In this document: piece by piece, positions 36,845 to 50,872 of the stretch | How positions within the stretch are numbered: position 1 is the first letter of the stretch | Layout: each line of letters opens with the position of its first letter | Assembly: GCA_026770705.1 (NCBI GenBank) | Contig: JANJGN010000003.1 | Coordinates: 143,406,001 to 143,470,000, forward strand | Direction of reading: 5' to 3' | Source: Isurus oxyrinchus | Lineage: Eukaryota | DNA length: 64,000 bases | The notes under the pieces: generated by a model | Told to the model about the DNA's origin: nothing | What the model saw: the letters and a program-made list of their open reading frames with translations, nothing else | Database searches by the model: none | Position numbers and translations under genes: made by a program

Positions 36845-39549
36845 TAAGAGACCAGGAGGTGTCCCCGTGGACCCTCACATTGCAGTTGTGAACATTTGAC
36901 TCCAGTCTGGCTTAGCTCAGGGCCAATACCGTCTGTGAGAATGCTCCTGTCATGGAGATGCAGTGGGGACTCTAATAGTTGCTCAATCGCAGGAAGATGA
37001 TGACAACATGCAGTGAGGACACTCCATAGATCTTCACATAGCCTCGGAGAATGTCTGACTTCTGTTTGGCCGAGGGCAGCTTGCTTGCGCTCCATGACCA
37101 GGGCTATCTCAGAGATGCAGCCATGAAACTTTAGATGCATCTGATGCTGTGTCTGCCTTCAGCACCTCAGCCCTTCAGGAGCTGGTGCACTGCATCACTG
37201 GTCGCAGATGCTGGTGTGATGAGGATCAGCCCCACCTTAAAGGTGCTGAGAGCACATAGTGAGTCTGAGAGAACTCTATGGCGCCTGCCCACTACATTCT
37301 GGCAGCAATGATCAGCAGCGCTGAGGTGCAGACATCAGTAATGTTTCCAGGGAGTGTGAGGCTGGACCACCACTGTGGCCTGAAGGCTGCACAGAGCACA
37401 GGGAAGAGGCCCTGGACTGAGACACCTGCCTTTTATCTTGTGCAGAAAGGTTTCACATCTAAGTGACAAGAACACTGCTCATCAGAACAAGGAGCCACAG
37501 TCAGAGAGACGTTCTTGGGAGTTTATTGACAATAGTGAACAATATGTACAAGTGATTAACACCCATGCCCAGGCTGTGCAACTATTTCTCCTTAATGGTC
37601 CCAAACCTGTTGCTAGGTCCTGGTTCTCCCTGGACATCCACAGCAGAGGTGGAGGCAGCCTGCTGACTGTGGTGCTCTGTCTGTGATGACTTTGGCGGGC
37701 ATCCTCTGGAGGACCGAGACTTGGAGGGCCCCGGCCTGCTTTCGGAGTCCTGCTCTGTGGCAGCGGAACCCTCCTTGGCCTGTGAAGCTGGATCTGCGGA
37801 GGTCACAGGAAGAGGGAAGCCAGATGGGCCGGTCACTCCCAGAATCACCTGGGTGGATGGCCCCGGAGTGTGCACCTGCTGATCCTCCTCCCAAAGGGAG
37901 CCTGAGGGCCCCTGGCTGACTGCGTGAGCAGAAGAGGTAGCTGTATTCAGATTGAGCTGCCCAGCCCCTTGTCTCGCATACACACTGTTGGAGGCCAACT
38001 AGGGCATCAGCGATGGAGTTAAGCATGAATAGCAGTGCAGGAGTGAAGTACTGGACCAAGGTCTCCAAGGCAGCTGCCATCCTGCTAGTGTTGATCTCAG
38101 TGCATTGCAATACCAGTGCTATCACCTCAGCCTGAAGGCGAACAGACTCCTCCATTGTGCCTTGCAATCTGAGGAGTGCAGTGGACATCCCTTCCTGATG
38201 TTCCTGAGCTTGCCTTTGCAGCTCCAGCAACTGTGACATGACCGAGTCCAAAGGCTCGTCATCTGACTCAGACTCAGCAACGCTCTGGCCCCCAGCAGTC
38301 TCCAAGTGCCTGGGACCTGGGAAGTCCCTGCCTCCACCTGATGTGAATCAGGAAGTTCGATATGCTCACCAGATTGTGATCCCGAGGGTAAAGCTAGGTC
38401 CCACCGAGGTGTGTATCTCTGCGCTGGTGGAGGGTGTGGGTGAGCGCTGTGACGTGACTTCAGGGAGAGTTCCTTCAGATTCCTCTACGGAAGTTTCTTC
38501 GGAGATTGCTTGGAGGCTCTGGGTCACAGACTCCATCTGTTGCTTCCCAGATCTGCTTGTGAAAGCAAAGGGAGATAATTAGTACATGGCAGTGGCCTGT
38601 GAAAGAGGACACATCATTCACAGCATGGTTATCTGATAGATGTTGCACTGCTGAATCCTCACTTGGTAGAGCAGCGCCAACCTCACTGTCAGCACAGGAC
38701 TGGTTCTGGTCATCGCTGGCCAGCAGGATGGCTCTGTTATCAAATTCTGTGAGAGCTTTGAATTCCGGCATCACTCCACTTGTCTGTGACCTTTCCCTTC
38801 TGTTGTGAGCCAGTTTATCCTGCATGGATAGAAATAGGAGAGTGTATCAGGAAGCCTGCCGGGCCAGATGATAAGTATGCATAGCCTGTGTGGTTGGTGA
38901 GTGGTCCCATGGAAGGGATGAGGACAATGATGGTGTGTGTCAAAGAGTGAATGGTGATGTCCCTTGCACTGGCAGTGAGCGAGGGATCTGTGGGTGTGCA
39001 ATAGCTTTGTGAGTTTGTGAGTTGGGAGTGATAAGAAGTGTGACTTACCCTGGAGGAAAGGAGGAGATCATACTAGATGGCTGTCCTCTTCTGAAGGGTG
39101 TTGGCACTGATCACCACTGTCACCGCCTCCCAGGCTGGGTTCGTGACATTGCTACCAATCCTGCGGCCAGAGCAGGGGTAGAGCGCATCCTGGCGGACCT
39201 CCATAGCATTCATCAGTCACTTGAGGGACCCGTCATTGAAACAGGAAGTTGTAGTCTTTTTGCCTTTGTTGGCCATGTCCCCCATGCAGCAATGGTGAGC
39301 TGGTGGCGATGAACACTTTGCTGGTGGCTGCCCTTTAAATATGGCGACCGGTGTGATGCAACAGCCGGGTGATGGTGGGCGGGCGAATGAGAGCCTGCCC
39401 GCCATGGAAACGGCATGTTTTGCGGGAGTGAATATATAATCAGGCAGCCTCGGGAAGATAAGTGAAAACCCACCATTTTCATCGGTGGGTAAGACTTCAT
39501 TTTGCCCACCCGCTACCGCACTTAGAGCAATTCTGGGAAAATTCAGCCC
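36845..39549 (-). mobile_element. Harbinger half-element with spliced Myb/SANT gene
   Basis: TIR ...ttctgggaaaattcagccc at 39549; exon 2 DKLAHNRRERSQTSG...; collinear and inverted relative to 50873-53500. Confidence 0.85.
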
Positions 39550-39878
39550 AATATGCCCTTGCTCATGTGACAGTCACATGAGGGGACATGTTTCACTACA
39601 TTTTTTTAAATTAATTTTCAAAATATCTCTTGGTCTCTCTGAGGCACAGAGTTGCCTCAGGGAGATTATGGAGCGCTCATCACACGCATGCGCAAAGTTC
39701 ACGCTCGGCCCGCTTGCACATCCCCCCCACCCCCAAACCCCCTGCACAGACAGTGATCAACACTACCTTAATTGGCCAGTGTGAAATCACGGTGCAGTGC
39801 AGATCGCGGGCAGTGGGCAGCTTCCCAGACGTCTCCGCAAGGGGCCAATCATTCCCCGCCAAGGGCAAAATTCTGCCC
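39550..39878. mobile_element. Half of a Harbinger-type MITE (17094 family)
   Basis: gagttgcctcagggag motif; terminal aaaattctgccc. Confidence 0.7.
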
Positions 39879-39879
39879 A

Positions 39880-42800
39880 ATGAGGTCACGGCTGTTCTGA
39901 TAATCCTCAATTCCACTTTCATGCCTTTTCTCCATAACCCTTCATTCCCTTACACGTTAAAAATCTATCTATCTCAGCCTTGAATGTACCTAACGACCCA
40001 GCCTCTACAGCTCCCTGCAGTAAAGAATTCTGCAGATGCACCAATCTCTGAGAGAAGAAATTCTTCCTCATCTCTGTCTTAAATGGGTGACCCCTTACCC
40101 TGAGATTATGCCCTCTGGTCCTAGATTCTCCCACAAGGGGAAACAACCTCTCAGCATCTACTCTATCAAGCCCCCTAAGAATCCAATATGCTTCAATAAG
40201 GTCGCCTCTCATTCTTCTAAACTCCAATGAGTACAGGCCCAACATACTCAACCTCTCCTCATAAAAAAAAGCCTCCATACCCGGGATCAGCCTAATGAAC
40301 CTTCTCTGGACTTCCTCCAGTGCCAGCATATCTTTCCTTAGATAAGGGGACCAGAACTGTTCACAGTATTCTAAGTGTGTTCTAAATGTATAGTTTTAGC
40401 AAGACTTACTTATTTTTATACTCCATTCCTTTTTAAATAAAGGCCAACATTCCATTTGCCTTCCCTATTTCCTGCTCAGCTTGTATGTTATCTTTTTGGG
40501 ATTCATGCACGAGGGCTCCCAAATCCCTCTGTGCTGCAACGTTCTGCAGTCTTTCTCCATTTAAATAATATTCAGCTCCTCTATTCTTCCTGCCAAAGTG
40601 CATAACTTCATATTTTCCCACATTATATTCCATCTGCCAAGATTTTGCCCACTCACATATCCTTCTGTAGACTCTTTGTGTCATCTTCACCATTTGCCTC
40701 CCCACCTATTTTTGTGTCATCCGCAAACTTGGCAATAGTACATTCAATTCCTTCATCTAAGTCATTAATATATATTGTAATTAATTGTGGCTCCAGCACT
40801 GATCCCTGTGGCACTCCACTATTTGCAGGTTGCCATCCTGAAAATGCCCCCTTTTCCCAACTCTCTGTTTTCTATTAGTTAGCCAATCCTCTATCCATGC
40901 TAATATACCATCCCCAACACTTTGGGCTCTTATCTTATTAAGTAGCCTCATGTGCGTTACCTTATCGAACGCCTTTTAGAAATCCAAATACATTACATCC
41001 ACTGGTTCCCCTTTATCTATCCTGCTTGTTACCTCCTCAAAGAATTGTAATAAATTTGCCAGGGTGATTTCTCCTTCATGAAGCCATGCTGACTCTGCTT
41101 GATTAGATTATGTAATTCTAGAAGCTCTGCTATTACATCCTTTATAATAGACTCTAACATTTTCCCAGTATCAGATGTTAAGCTAACTGGCCTATAGTTA
41201 CCTGTTTTTTGTTGCCCTCCCGTTTTGAATAAGGGTGTTACATTGGCAGTTTTCCAATCTTCTGCAACTTTTCCAGAATCTACAGATCTTGGAAGATTAC
41301 TACCAGTGCATCTACTATCTCTGCAGCTACTTCCTTTAATATCCTAGGATGCAACCCATCAGGTGCAGGGGACATAACGGCCTTTAGCCCCATTAGTTTC
41401 TGTAGTATTTTTTATCTTGAGAAAGTTATTATACTTATTTTCTCCCCTGCTCTCACCCCCCCCCCCCGACCTCATCTTTTGCCCCTTGATTATTTAGTAG
41501 TTTTGGAATGCTCCTATTGTCTTCTACCATGAAGACTGATGCAAAGTATTTATTCAACTCCTCTGCCATTTCCTGGTTCCTTATTATTATTTCCCTAACC
41601 TCGTTCTCTAAGAGGCCTATGTTCACTTTGGCCTCTCTCTTCCTTTTTATATATTTAAAGGAGCTCTTACTGTCCATTTTTATATTACTTGCTGGTTTAC
41701 ATTTAAAGTTTATTTTCTCCCTCATTTTTTTTTTTGGCGATCTTTTGTTGGTTTTTGAAACTTTCCCAATCCTCTGGCTTACCACTAATCTTTGCCACAT
41801 TAAATGTCTTTCTTTCAATTTGACATTATCCTTAACTTCCTTGCTTAACCTTGGTCGGTTTATTCCCTTCCTAGAATCCTTCTTCCTCACTGGGATATGT
41901 CTTTGTTGTGAGTCATGAACTATTTTCTTAAATGTTTGCCATTGTTCATCAACTGTTTTTGCTACTAAATTCTTTCCCCAGTCCAGTCCAACCAACTCTG
42001 CCCTCATTCTTTTGTAATTACCCTTATTTAAGTTAGCACAGTTGTTTCGACCCAAATTTCTCACTCTCAAACTGAATGCTAAATTCTATCATATTATGGT
42101 CATTGTTTCCTAGGGGATCTTTTATTTATTCTGAGATCACTTGCTAAACTGCCAAAGTAACCTGATCCCTGGTTGGATCCACAACATATTGTTCTAGGAA
42201 ACTGTCCCGAATACACTCAATGAATTATTGCTCATGTCTACCTCTGCCAATTTGATTCTCCCAATCTACATGAAGACTAAAGTCATCCATGACTAATGTA
42301 CTGCATAATTTACATGTCCTCATTATCTCCAGATTGATTCACTGTCCTACAGTATAGCTACTGTTAGGGGGCCTATAGACTACTCCCACCAGTGTCTTCT
42401 TCCCCTTGTTATTTCTTACCTCCACATATGGATTCTACATCTTCTGATCCAAGATTCTTTCTTGCTATCATACTTATTCCACCACCCTTTCCTTCCTGCC
42501 TGTCCTTTCGAAATGTCACATACCCCTGAATATTTAGTTACCAGCTTTAATCTCCTTGTAGCCACACCTCCGTCAAGACTATAAGATCACACCCATTAAC
42601 CTCTATTTGTGCCATTAATTCATTTATTTTGTTACAAATACTACTTGCATTTAAGTAAAGAGCCATTAATTTTGCCTTTTTACAATTTTTCTCCTCTTTG
42701 ACCCTATTTGCTGCTGTTTTTTTTATGTTTGTACATTTTGTCCCTTCATGTCACACTCTGGGTATCATTACCTAAATAGCTGCCCTGCAATGCTGCTATA

Positions 42801-43975
42801 TCCTTTTGCTTTGTAAACGTACATATCCCCTTTCCAGAACCACCCCTCCTTCCCATTTAGTTTAAATCCCTCTCTACAGCCCTAGTTTTTCAATTCATTA
42901 GGATACTGGTCCCAGCATGGTTCAAGTGAAGCCAGTCCCACTGGAACAGCTCCTTGTACTGGCGCCAGTACCCCATGAACTGAAACCAATTCCTCCTACA
43001 CCAATCTTTGAGCCACGTGTTTAACTCCTTGACTTTAGTTACCCAATGCCAATTTGCCCACAGCTCAGGTAGTAATCCCAAGATTATTAACTTGGAGGTA
43101 CTGCTTTTTAATTTAGCTCCTAACTGTTCAAATTTTTTAAACAGAACCTCCTTTCTAGTCCTATCAATGTTGATGGTACCAATGTGGATGATGACAACTG
43201 GATTCCTTCTCTCCCACTCCAAGTTCCTCTCCAACCCTAAGGAGATGTCCTTAACCCTGGCACTGGGCAGGCAACACAGCCTTCAGGACTCATGCTCACG
43301 GCTGCAGAGAACAGTATCTATCCCACTAATTATGCTGTCCCCTACCACTACTATGTTCCCATTTTCTCCCCCAACTCGAATGGCTCCCTGCAACACGATG
43401 CAGTAGCCATTCACTCATCCTCCCTGCAGTCCTCGCTCTTGTCCACACAGCTTGCAAGAGCCTCCTAACTGTTGGACAGTTGCAGGGGCCGAGGCTCCTC
43501 GAACGCTACCCCCTGAGTCCCCATATCTGCTTCATCTGCAGTCACATCCTCCTGTTCCTGATCATAAACTAAATTTAAATTACCTAATCTGAGGGGTGTG
43601 ACCACCTCCTGGGGCAAAGTGTCCAGGTAATTTTCCTCCTCCCTGATGTGGTGCAACGTCTGCAACTCAGACTCCAGCTCCTCAACTCACATTCGAAGTT
43701 CCTTGAGCTGCAAATATTTACCACAGATGTGTTTGCTCTGGACCACCTTGGTGTCCAACAGCACCCACATGCTGCGGCAACAGCACATCACCCATCCCGC
43801 CATCGCTATCGTATTTAATTTAATTTATTAATTCATCATACTAACATCCCTGCTGTTTATACTTGAAGAATCCCCTGCTCTTTATACTTTATTGTAATTA
43901 TTTCTTTTACACCGGTGTCGATCCTATACTTAACAAGCTATTTTTAAGAAAAAGACAAAAAAGACTAGCAGAACA
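39880..43975 (-). mobile_element. Near full-length decayed CR1 LINE (ORF1 zinc finger/SGNH esterase; ORF2 APE and RT)
   Basis: ORF1 start MAGWVMCCCRSMW...HICGKYLQL (43803); PVVIIHIGTINID...DWLHLN esterase; ORF2 NFNKGNY and LEEVQRRFIRLIPG motifs. Extreme 3' tail missing. Confidence 0.92.
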
Positions 43976-44120
43976 AACAGTTGTTAATGGCATGAGAAAG
44001 TGGACATATAGTGGGTAACTTGGAGAAATCACAGTCACACAAGATCATGCATGCAAATGTATTTTTTGTTCGCTAGGAAAAGGGGGATGTTTGCATAAAT
44101 TGTTCAATATGAAAAGGGGA

Positions 44121-44284
44121 TGTTTGGGGGTTTAACATGCAATACTAAGTCTACTACCTAGCTTGTCATAGTCATGAGACTCTGCCATGAGATAAACACT
44201 ATAGGCTGCCATTTATAACTAGCTCAATAAAGACTCTCACTGAGACAGACACTGATGAAGGCTGCTGTCCTTCTACATGAAAAA
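44121..44284 (+). repeat. 3' LTR of the 29240-44284 Gypsy element, preceded by a PPT
   Basis: PPT gaaaagggga at 44111-44120; aligns to 29240-29399; TSD GTGGT at 44285-44289. Confidence 0.9.
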
Positions 44285-44476
44285 GTGGTGGAGGCAGATT
44301 AAATCATGGCCCTCAAAAGGGAGTTAGATAATGATCAAAAGAGAAAAAAAGATTGCAGGACAATGGTGAAAAGGCTGGTGAGTGGGTCTAGCTCAGTAGC
44401 TCTTACGAAGAAGCAGCATGGACACAATGGGCCAAATGGCCTGCTTCTGTGCTCTAATCATTATATGATTCTATGT
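44285..44476 (+). mobile_element. Displaced 3' tail of the CR1 at 27600-29239
   Basis: gtggtggaggcagatt...aaaagggagttagat...atgggccaaatggcctgcttctgtgct...tatgattctatg continues the CR1 3' end. Confidence 0.85.
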
Positions 44477-45729
44477 AAGTTGAATGGATGCCTTCTTCCA
44501 CAAGAATGCATACATCCCATGATGAGATGTGGAGATGCACTGCCTCTTTAAGTATTTTTGAAGTCTATTATTAGCTCTTTTGGCCAACATTGTCAGTTAT
44601 CAAAGATATCTTGAGTGAATAAAGAATGTTTTTGAGTATTTGCAGAGGTTGCCTTCTGTAGAAAAGAGCTCCCTTAACATTCAAATCTTGAGGAAAACAA
44701 AGTGTTCTGCGATTTTCCCCCATATGGCCTTTATTATATGAGAGTTCCTAACCTCAGTGTTCAGCAGCCAGGCTTTATTGTCCCTGACTTTTTTTTAGAA
44801 CTACTTCAATGGATGCATCTGATAAACTAGGAACCCTCCAGTTCCTGGCACACTGAGCTTGTCTCTTTGGCTTTCTAGCAAAAAAGTTTAAGTAAACTGA
44901 AGGCAGAATCCCAATGGTAGATGATATGCTCACCCGGCAGTAATGTGCCAACTGGAGGAAAGCCTTCACCCTCACATCACCACTCTTCTGGATGGGGTCC
45001 TTTAAAGATGACATTCATTTCCCTCTCCACCCAGATTAAAGAGCATAGGAGCCATTGGGGTAGGTTTTCAACTTCATGGCATGGTTTAATGTTGTGCAGT
45101 GGATTGCATTCCCTTTTTAGAACATGTCTAATTTTCCTTCCATTGAAATGAATGGAATTGAATAGAAATGAATGAATGATTATTCCAATCTTTCTTAAAC
45201 TTACAGTTTTCAATTCCATTCTCAGAGAGATTGCTTTTGATGAAGTTCAAAAACAAAGCCGGGCAAAAACCTAAACTGCTTCTGTCCGGGCTATGATGGT
45301 GCTGATCGACTGTGCCAGCCAAGTGTCAAAGTGCTCTTTTCCAATATTATATTTTTATCAAACTTATCTTAAATTTTATGCTGTAGATTTTAATGGAATC
45401 AACTGACACATGGGCTTTTCAGTTTAATTAAATCATTCAGTTTCTTAGTCAGGTTTAGTGCTGTGGATATATTAGATGCACTGGCCATAAAAATGCATTT
45501 CATTTAATGTCTTTTTTGTGTGTAGGTTGCAGGGGTTTTGATCATTGCTAATGCTCTCTTTCCATGCTATGGTTGATTGCGTTGTGGTTACCATGGTAAT
45601 AATACATGCGGTGCCGAGATTATGTACAGTGGATTTCAATGTGGGTGTAAAGCATTAAGGTTTTGTGCCATTTTGCTTCACCTTTGTGTGTTGGGTTGGA
45701 TATGGTGTGGTTATGGAAGGTAGGGCATG

Positions 45730-46540
45730 GGCTGGGTAGCAGCAAGGGATGGGGACTGGAGTCCATCAACTCGGGGCCGTAGGCATGATGTGTGTGATTA
45801 TGCGGGTTTCATGTGTGGGGAGCTAGCCGTGGCAGGCTGTCTTTGCTCTGGGGTGGAGGAAGGCTGGTGGCCTAGTACGGGGTCGAGACAAGGAGAAGCC
45901 AGAATGCAGGGGGAGGGAAGGAGGAACATGTTGTTGTACTGCAAAAAGTGCTGAGTACAGAAAATTTAAATTAATGCTGAGGTGGAGGCTTTATTGAGGG
46001 GCTTAAATTGTTGATGTCAGGGGTTTTATTAGGTGGCTTAGTGCTGAGGTGGGGCTCTTAGTGGGGAGTGAGCTGTGGGTCGAGAGATGAGGAGGGGATG
46101 GGCACTGGAGAAAGAGCAAGGATGAGGAGACTGGCCAAAGTCGAGCGACAGGTTCTTGGGACCTCAGGAGACCAGGGTCAAGCGACGAGCCCTCGGACAC
46201 AGAGAGGGAAGAGCAATTCCGATGGTTTCCCTCATGAGGGGAAGTGGCTGGGAGCAGGAGCAGGGGCCTGTGAGGAGAGCGGGAGGGCAGTGGGGATCAC
46301 AGCCAGGGCCTCTCCACTAGAGCAAAAGGTCTTGGGGTGGCAAAGACTCTGGGGAGGCCTGTGGGGAGGAACAGGGAGTCCAGTAGGAGGGCGAGAAAGC
46401 CTGGGGGAGGAATGGAGACTGCAGGAGGGATCAGCTGTATGTGAGTAGAAGGCTACTGCAGCAGGAGTCCAGGAGGCTGAGGGGATATTGCTGGGGGGAG
46501 TGGGGTGAAGGAAGGAAGATGCTTGGACAAATGTAGGTGA
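45730..46540 (-). mobile_element. Probable L2-type LINE fragment (endonuclease region)
   Basis: Purine-rich plus strand; the minus strand has LDxV-like and PWY-like remnants. Heavily diverged. Confidence 0.4.
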
Positions 46541-46559
46541 GTAACCTGTGTTCCTGTGA

Positions 46560-49500
46560 CTGCAAGAGCACCTGCATATGATCATACACAGGCCATGCTG
46601 ATGTTTCACAGCAAAGCCTGGCTCCTAATTGTCTTGGAACTCCCTTGCCATTGGAACAAGGTCCTGTTCTGCTGTGACTGTGTGGTGGACATCATGCAAG
46701 GACCACTCCAAAGTTTAAAAAATCACTTGCAGGAATCTTTCACTCGTCAAAATGAAGTTTGGGACCTGGAACATCAGGATCCTCATGGACAGACCTGAGC
46801 GCTGCACCACCATTTTAATTCAGGAGCTTGGGCACCTCAACATGAACATCACTGCGCTAAGTGAGACATGACATGCAGGAGAAGGACTGCAACCAAAGCA
46901 GCAAGGTGGTGGGTACATCTTTTTCTGGAAGGGTTTTCCAGAAGAGCAGCAACACCTCCACAGCGTGGGTTTCACCAGCAAAGATGAACTTTGGTGTCTC
47001 AGTGACTCTGCCGTGGGATAAGCAAGCACCCCATGACTGCCTGGCTCAACCTAATGAGGAATCAGCATGCCACTGTCATCAGTGTGTATGCTCCTACACT
47101 TGCAACAACAGGTGAGGCCAAGGAGAGATTCTACACTGACCTTTAGAAATCCCTAGCCAGAGACCCGGCAGTCTTGGAGATTTTAATGCCAGAATTGGGG
47201 AGGATGTGAATCTCTGGAAAGGGGTGAGTAGCAAGGAGCAGATAGGGAAATCAAACTCCAACTGAGTCCTCCTGTTGGTGAAATGTATAGAACATGAGCT
47301 TGTCATAGCCAACACCCTGTTCCGCCAGCCAGACAAGCACAAGACCTCACAGCAATAACCACAGCCCGAACACTGGTAGCTGCTCTACTATGTCATTGTT
47401 CAAGCAAAGAAACACAGAGACGTTCACGTTACCAATGCCATGGCAGGTACTGATGACTTCTGGACTGATCACAGCCTTATCCGATCTACCATCTCCATCA
47501 GCTTGGTCCCCAAACAATGGAGGCAACAGAAGCAAAGCTGCAAAAAAATTAACATCAAAGGCCTCAAAGATCCCACCAAGGCTAACCCTTCTCAGTCAGT
47601 GCCTCACTGCCAACCTCTCCAACCTCTCACTCTCCAGCCACCAGAAGCTATGTTTGTCCACAGTGCCTGGTCAACCCTAAAAGCCGCTTTATAAGCACCT
47701 GCAAAAAAGGTCCTTGGTTTCTCTGCCAGGAAACATTGTGACTGATTTGACGAAAATTACATAGAGATTCAGGGCCTAATTAAGCTTAAGTGCAAAGCTT
47801 TGCAGACTAGAAACTTCGCCATACCTGAAGAGAAAAGCAGCATCATTACAGGCGGCTGAAGGTAATTGTAAAGCATAAAACCCATGACATAAAGAACAAA
47901 TGGTTGAAAGGATGAGCATGGGAGATCCAACAACACGTAGACACAAATGACATGCACAGTTTCTTCAGCGCTGTCAAGACCATCTATGGCCCAAGCGTTC
48001 AAGGCCCACCCCAGTGAGAGCCAAGCATGGAGGGGAGCTCGTCAGGGGCAGAGAGGCAGTCAGTGCTCACTGGAGAGAATATGCTTAAAATCCCCTCAAC
48101 TGAGACCCTGTCTTTGACTTGTACATCCCCAATTTTATTCCTTAACGCTCCATCTGGCTCAGTCTCAGCAGCACCCCAGTCTCAAGCGAAGTTGAAAAAG
48201 TCATTCGACAGCTGAAAAACACCAAAGCCTCTGGAACAGATGGGATGCCTGCCGAAATTCTGAAATAGGGCAGAAAGGCACTCCTAGCACACTGCACACC
48301 TCGTATCCCTCATCTGGGAAGAGGAGTGCATGCTTGGGGATCTCAGGGATGCTGTGATTATGACTATATTCGGGGAGTGAGACAAATCTGATTGTGGCAG
48401 CTACAGAGGAGTCTCCCTGCTGTCTGCTACAGGGAAGATCATTGCAAGGATTCTCCTCAATTGCCTCCTCCCAGTGGTCAAAGAGCTCCTTCCAGAGTTG
48501 CAGGGAAGTTTTTGTCCATCAATGGGCACCACAGGCATGATCTTGCACAGAAAATTCAAGAAAAATGCAAGGAACAGCACCAATTGCTGTACATGGCTTT
48601 TATCGACCTCACAAAAGCCTTTGACTCTGTCAATTGTGAAAGCTTATGGAGTATCCTCCTCAAATTGCCTTCAATTGCCTTCAATGTCTTCAGAAATGTG
48701 TCACTACTCTTCGCCTCCTCACCAATGGAGACACCGCAGACCCTAAATCAGTAAAGACTGGGGTCAAACAAGACTGTACCATAGCAAAAATCCTCTTCTT
48801 CAGCTCTTTCACTGCATCTCAACTCCAGCAAATTACCCACAGGCGTGGAGATAGTTTACAGAACAGACAGGGGAGCTTGTTCAACATATGTCACCGACAA
48901 TCCAAAACTCTAACTTCAGACATTGAGCTCCAATATGCAGATGATGTTTGTCTCTGGACTCATTCAGAAACTGAGCTCCAGATCATTGTTGACTCCTTCC
49001 CTGAAGCATATGAGAAAATAGGCCTTTCACTAAATACTCAGAAATCTAAGGTCATCTTCCAAACAGCTCCCACAGCAGCCCTCCATCGATTAAGATCAAT
49101 AGTGAGATCCTGGAAAATATGAAACATTATCCCCGATCTCCAATATGCTTCAAAGGCTTGGATAACCTACAGCAGGCAACTCAAAGCCCTGGAGAAGTGG
49201 CAAGTTCCCCCAAATACAGAGGCAAGAAAGATGGTCCAACAGCAGTGTCCCCTCTCAAGCCAACATGCCCAGTATCGAGATGCTAATTACTCAAAACCCG
49301 CTCCACTGGGCAGGACATGTTGTTCATATGCCTGATACCAGACTTCTGAAGCAACTGCCCCATGTGGAATTCAGTTGCGGCAGGAGACTCCCACGAGAAC
49401 AGAATGAATGCTTTAGGTAAGGATGTCCTCAAAGCATCCCTGAAGAGGACAAACAGCTCCATTGATTCATGAGAGCCCTTGGCCTATTACCAACCAAAAT

Positions 49501-49752
49501 GAAGAAGGGTTATTCAGGAATGTACCAAACACATGGAGAGAATTTGGTGTAAAGGTGCAATGGTGAAGTTATGAGGGTGGAGAAAGCGCACAAACCTTCA
49601 AACAACTTATCTACCCGACCCTCCAAGCACCACCTGCCCGGCATGTGACAGAGTCTGCACATTGTGCATCAGATTTATCAATCACCTCAGAAACCATTGA
49701 ACCAGAAAGGAAACATGTCTTCCACAATCCCAAGGGACTGCCTGAGAAGAAG
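46560..49752 (+). mobile_element. Near full-length decayed RTE-clade LINE
   Basis: MKFGTWNIR...ELGHLNMNITALSET, GDFNARIG, WTDHSLI (APE); NYRGVSLL-like, AFIDLTKAFDSV, GVKQ, LQYADD (RT); C-terminal CPACDRVC...H...H; tail aagggactgcctgagaagaag. Confidence 0.92.
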
Positions 49753-50225
49753 GATACGTTTTGTAGTTTAAGTTTTGTAGTCAAATTAACATTTTAACTA
49801 ATAGTGTGAAAGTAATCCAGTGCAAGAGTTGTGACACATTAATGTTATCTTGCTGCTTTCGAAGCCACAACAACTGTGTAAATACAAAAGTCTTAATTTT
49901 AATCCAGCCTTCTGGTGAAATTGGTGTGGGAAGGAGGTTAAACTGGCAGCCTGGGGGAAGCCTCTGCATCCCATAGTGTTTCTGCCCCAGTCACTTTAAC
50001 TGCTTGAGTTCCAGCAGCAGTTCCACCACCCACAATAGACAAACAGTTGTGGCCTGATTACATCATCAGCACCATGTCATGCAGGCCTTCCACAAAATAC
50101 CAAAATGAGTAGTGGGGTCTGGAACATACAGGGTTAATGTGGGACTGAATACTGTACAGCCCACACAGTTACGTAAGAAGGCACATGACTTAGACCTAGG
50201 GTCAGTGTGGTTTTGGCCAGCAATG

Positions 50226-50349
50226 TGTTAAGATATAGGATGGAGATAGCTCCTTGCCTGTACCCTTTACCATATATTTACATATAGTTACAAGTGGTTA
50301 ATAAAGACTTGCTGTTAACATACAGAAGACTACAAAGACTTCTTTAACA
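50226..50349 (+). repeat. Short LTR-like unit
   Basis: TGTTAA...TTAACA termini with an internal AATAAA; no matching TSD. Sits in a larger LTR-like tract (~50076-50868). Confidence 0.45.
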
Positions 50350-50872
50350 GACATGGCTGTAATCAACATCATCCCAACATTGTGGCAGCTCTGAATCAAA
50401 AACCCCCATCCTCATAGAACTGTTAAAAGACTAAGAAAAAGGACACCTTTAATTATTCTGAACTGAAAGAAGCTCCCAACTGAAGCTACAGACGCTGGCA
50501 AAATTCACCAGAAAAAGCTCCAGAGAGAAGAGCCTGGAAGCTAAAGGCAGCAGAAGACTCCACACAATATTCCTTAGAAGTCCAGCTTCAGCAAGCAGAA
50601 TTCATAGCCTGCAAGGGTGAGCTAAATCCTTTTCACTTCCAGGCTGCAGCCAATCCTGAGAAGCCCTTTAACTGATTCAGTCAGAAGCGCCGTCTGAACG
50701 GAACCCGTCACTAATCCCAATTCCCCAACTCCGAGCCTCAGCATCTGTCCCCTGAGTTGAAAAGGAAAAACCCAAATTAATAATTAACTCACTCAACTCT
50801 TACGAATCTCGTGACCACTCAAATCCAGCAAGCCTGCAGTTCATTCAAACATCTCGTTACTCACAACATGTG

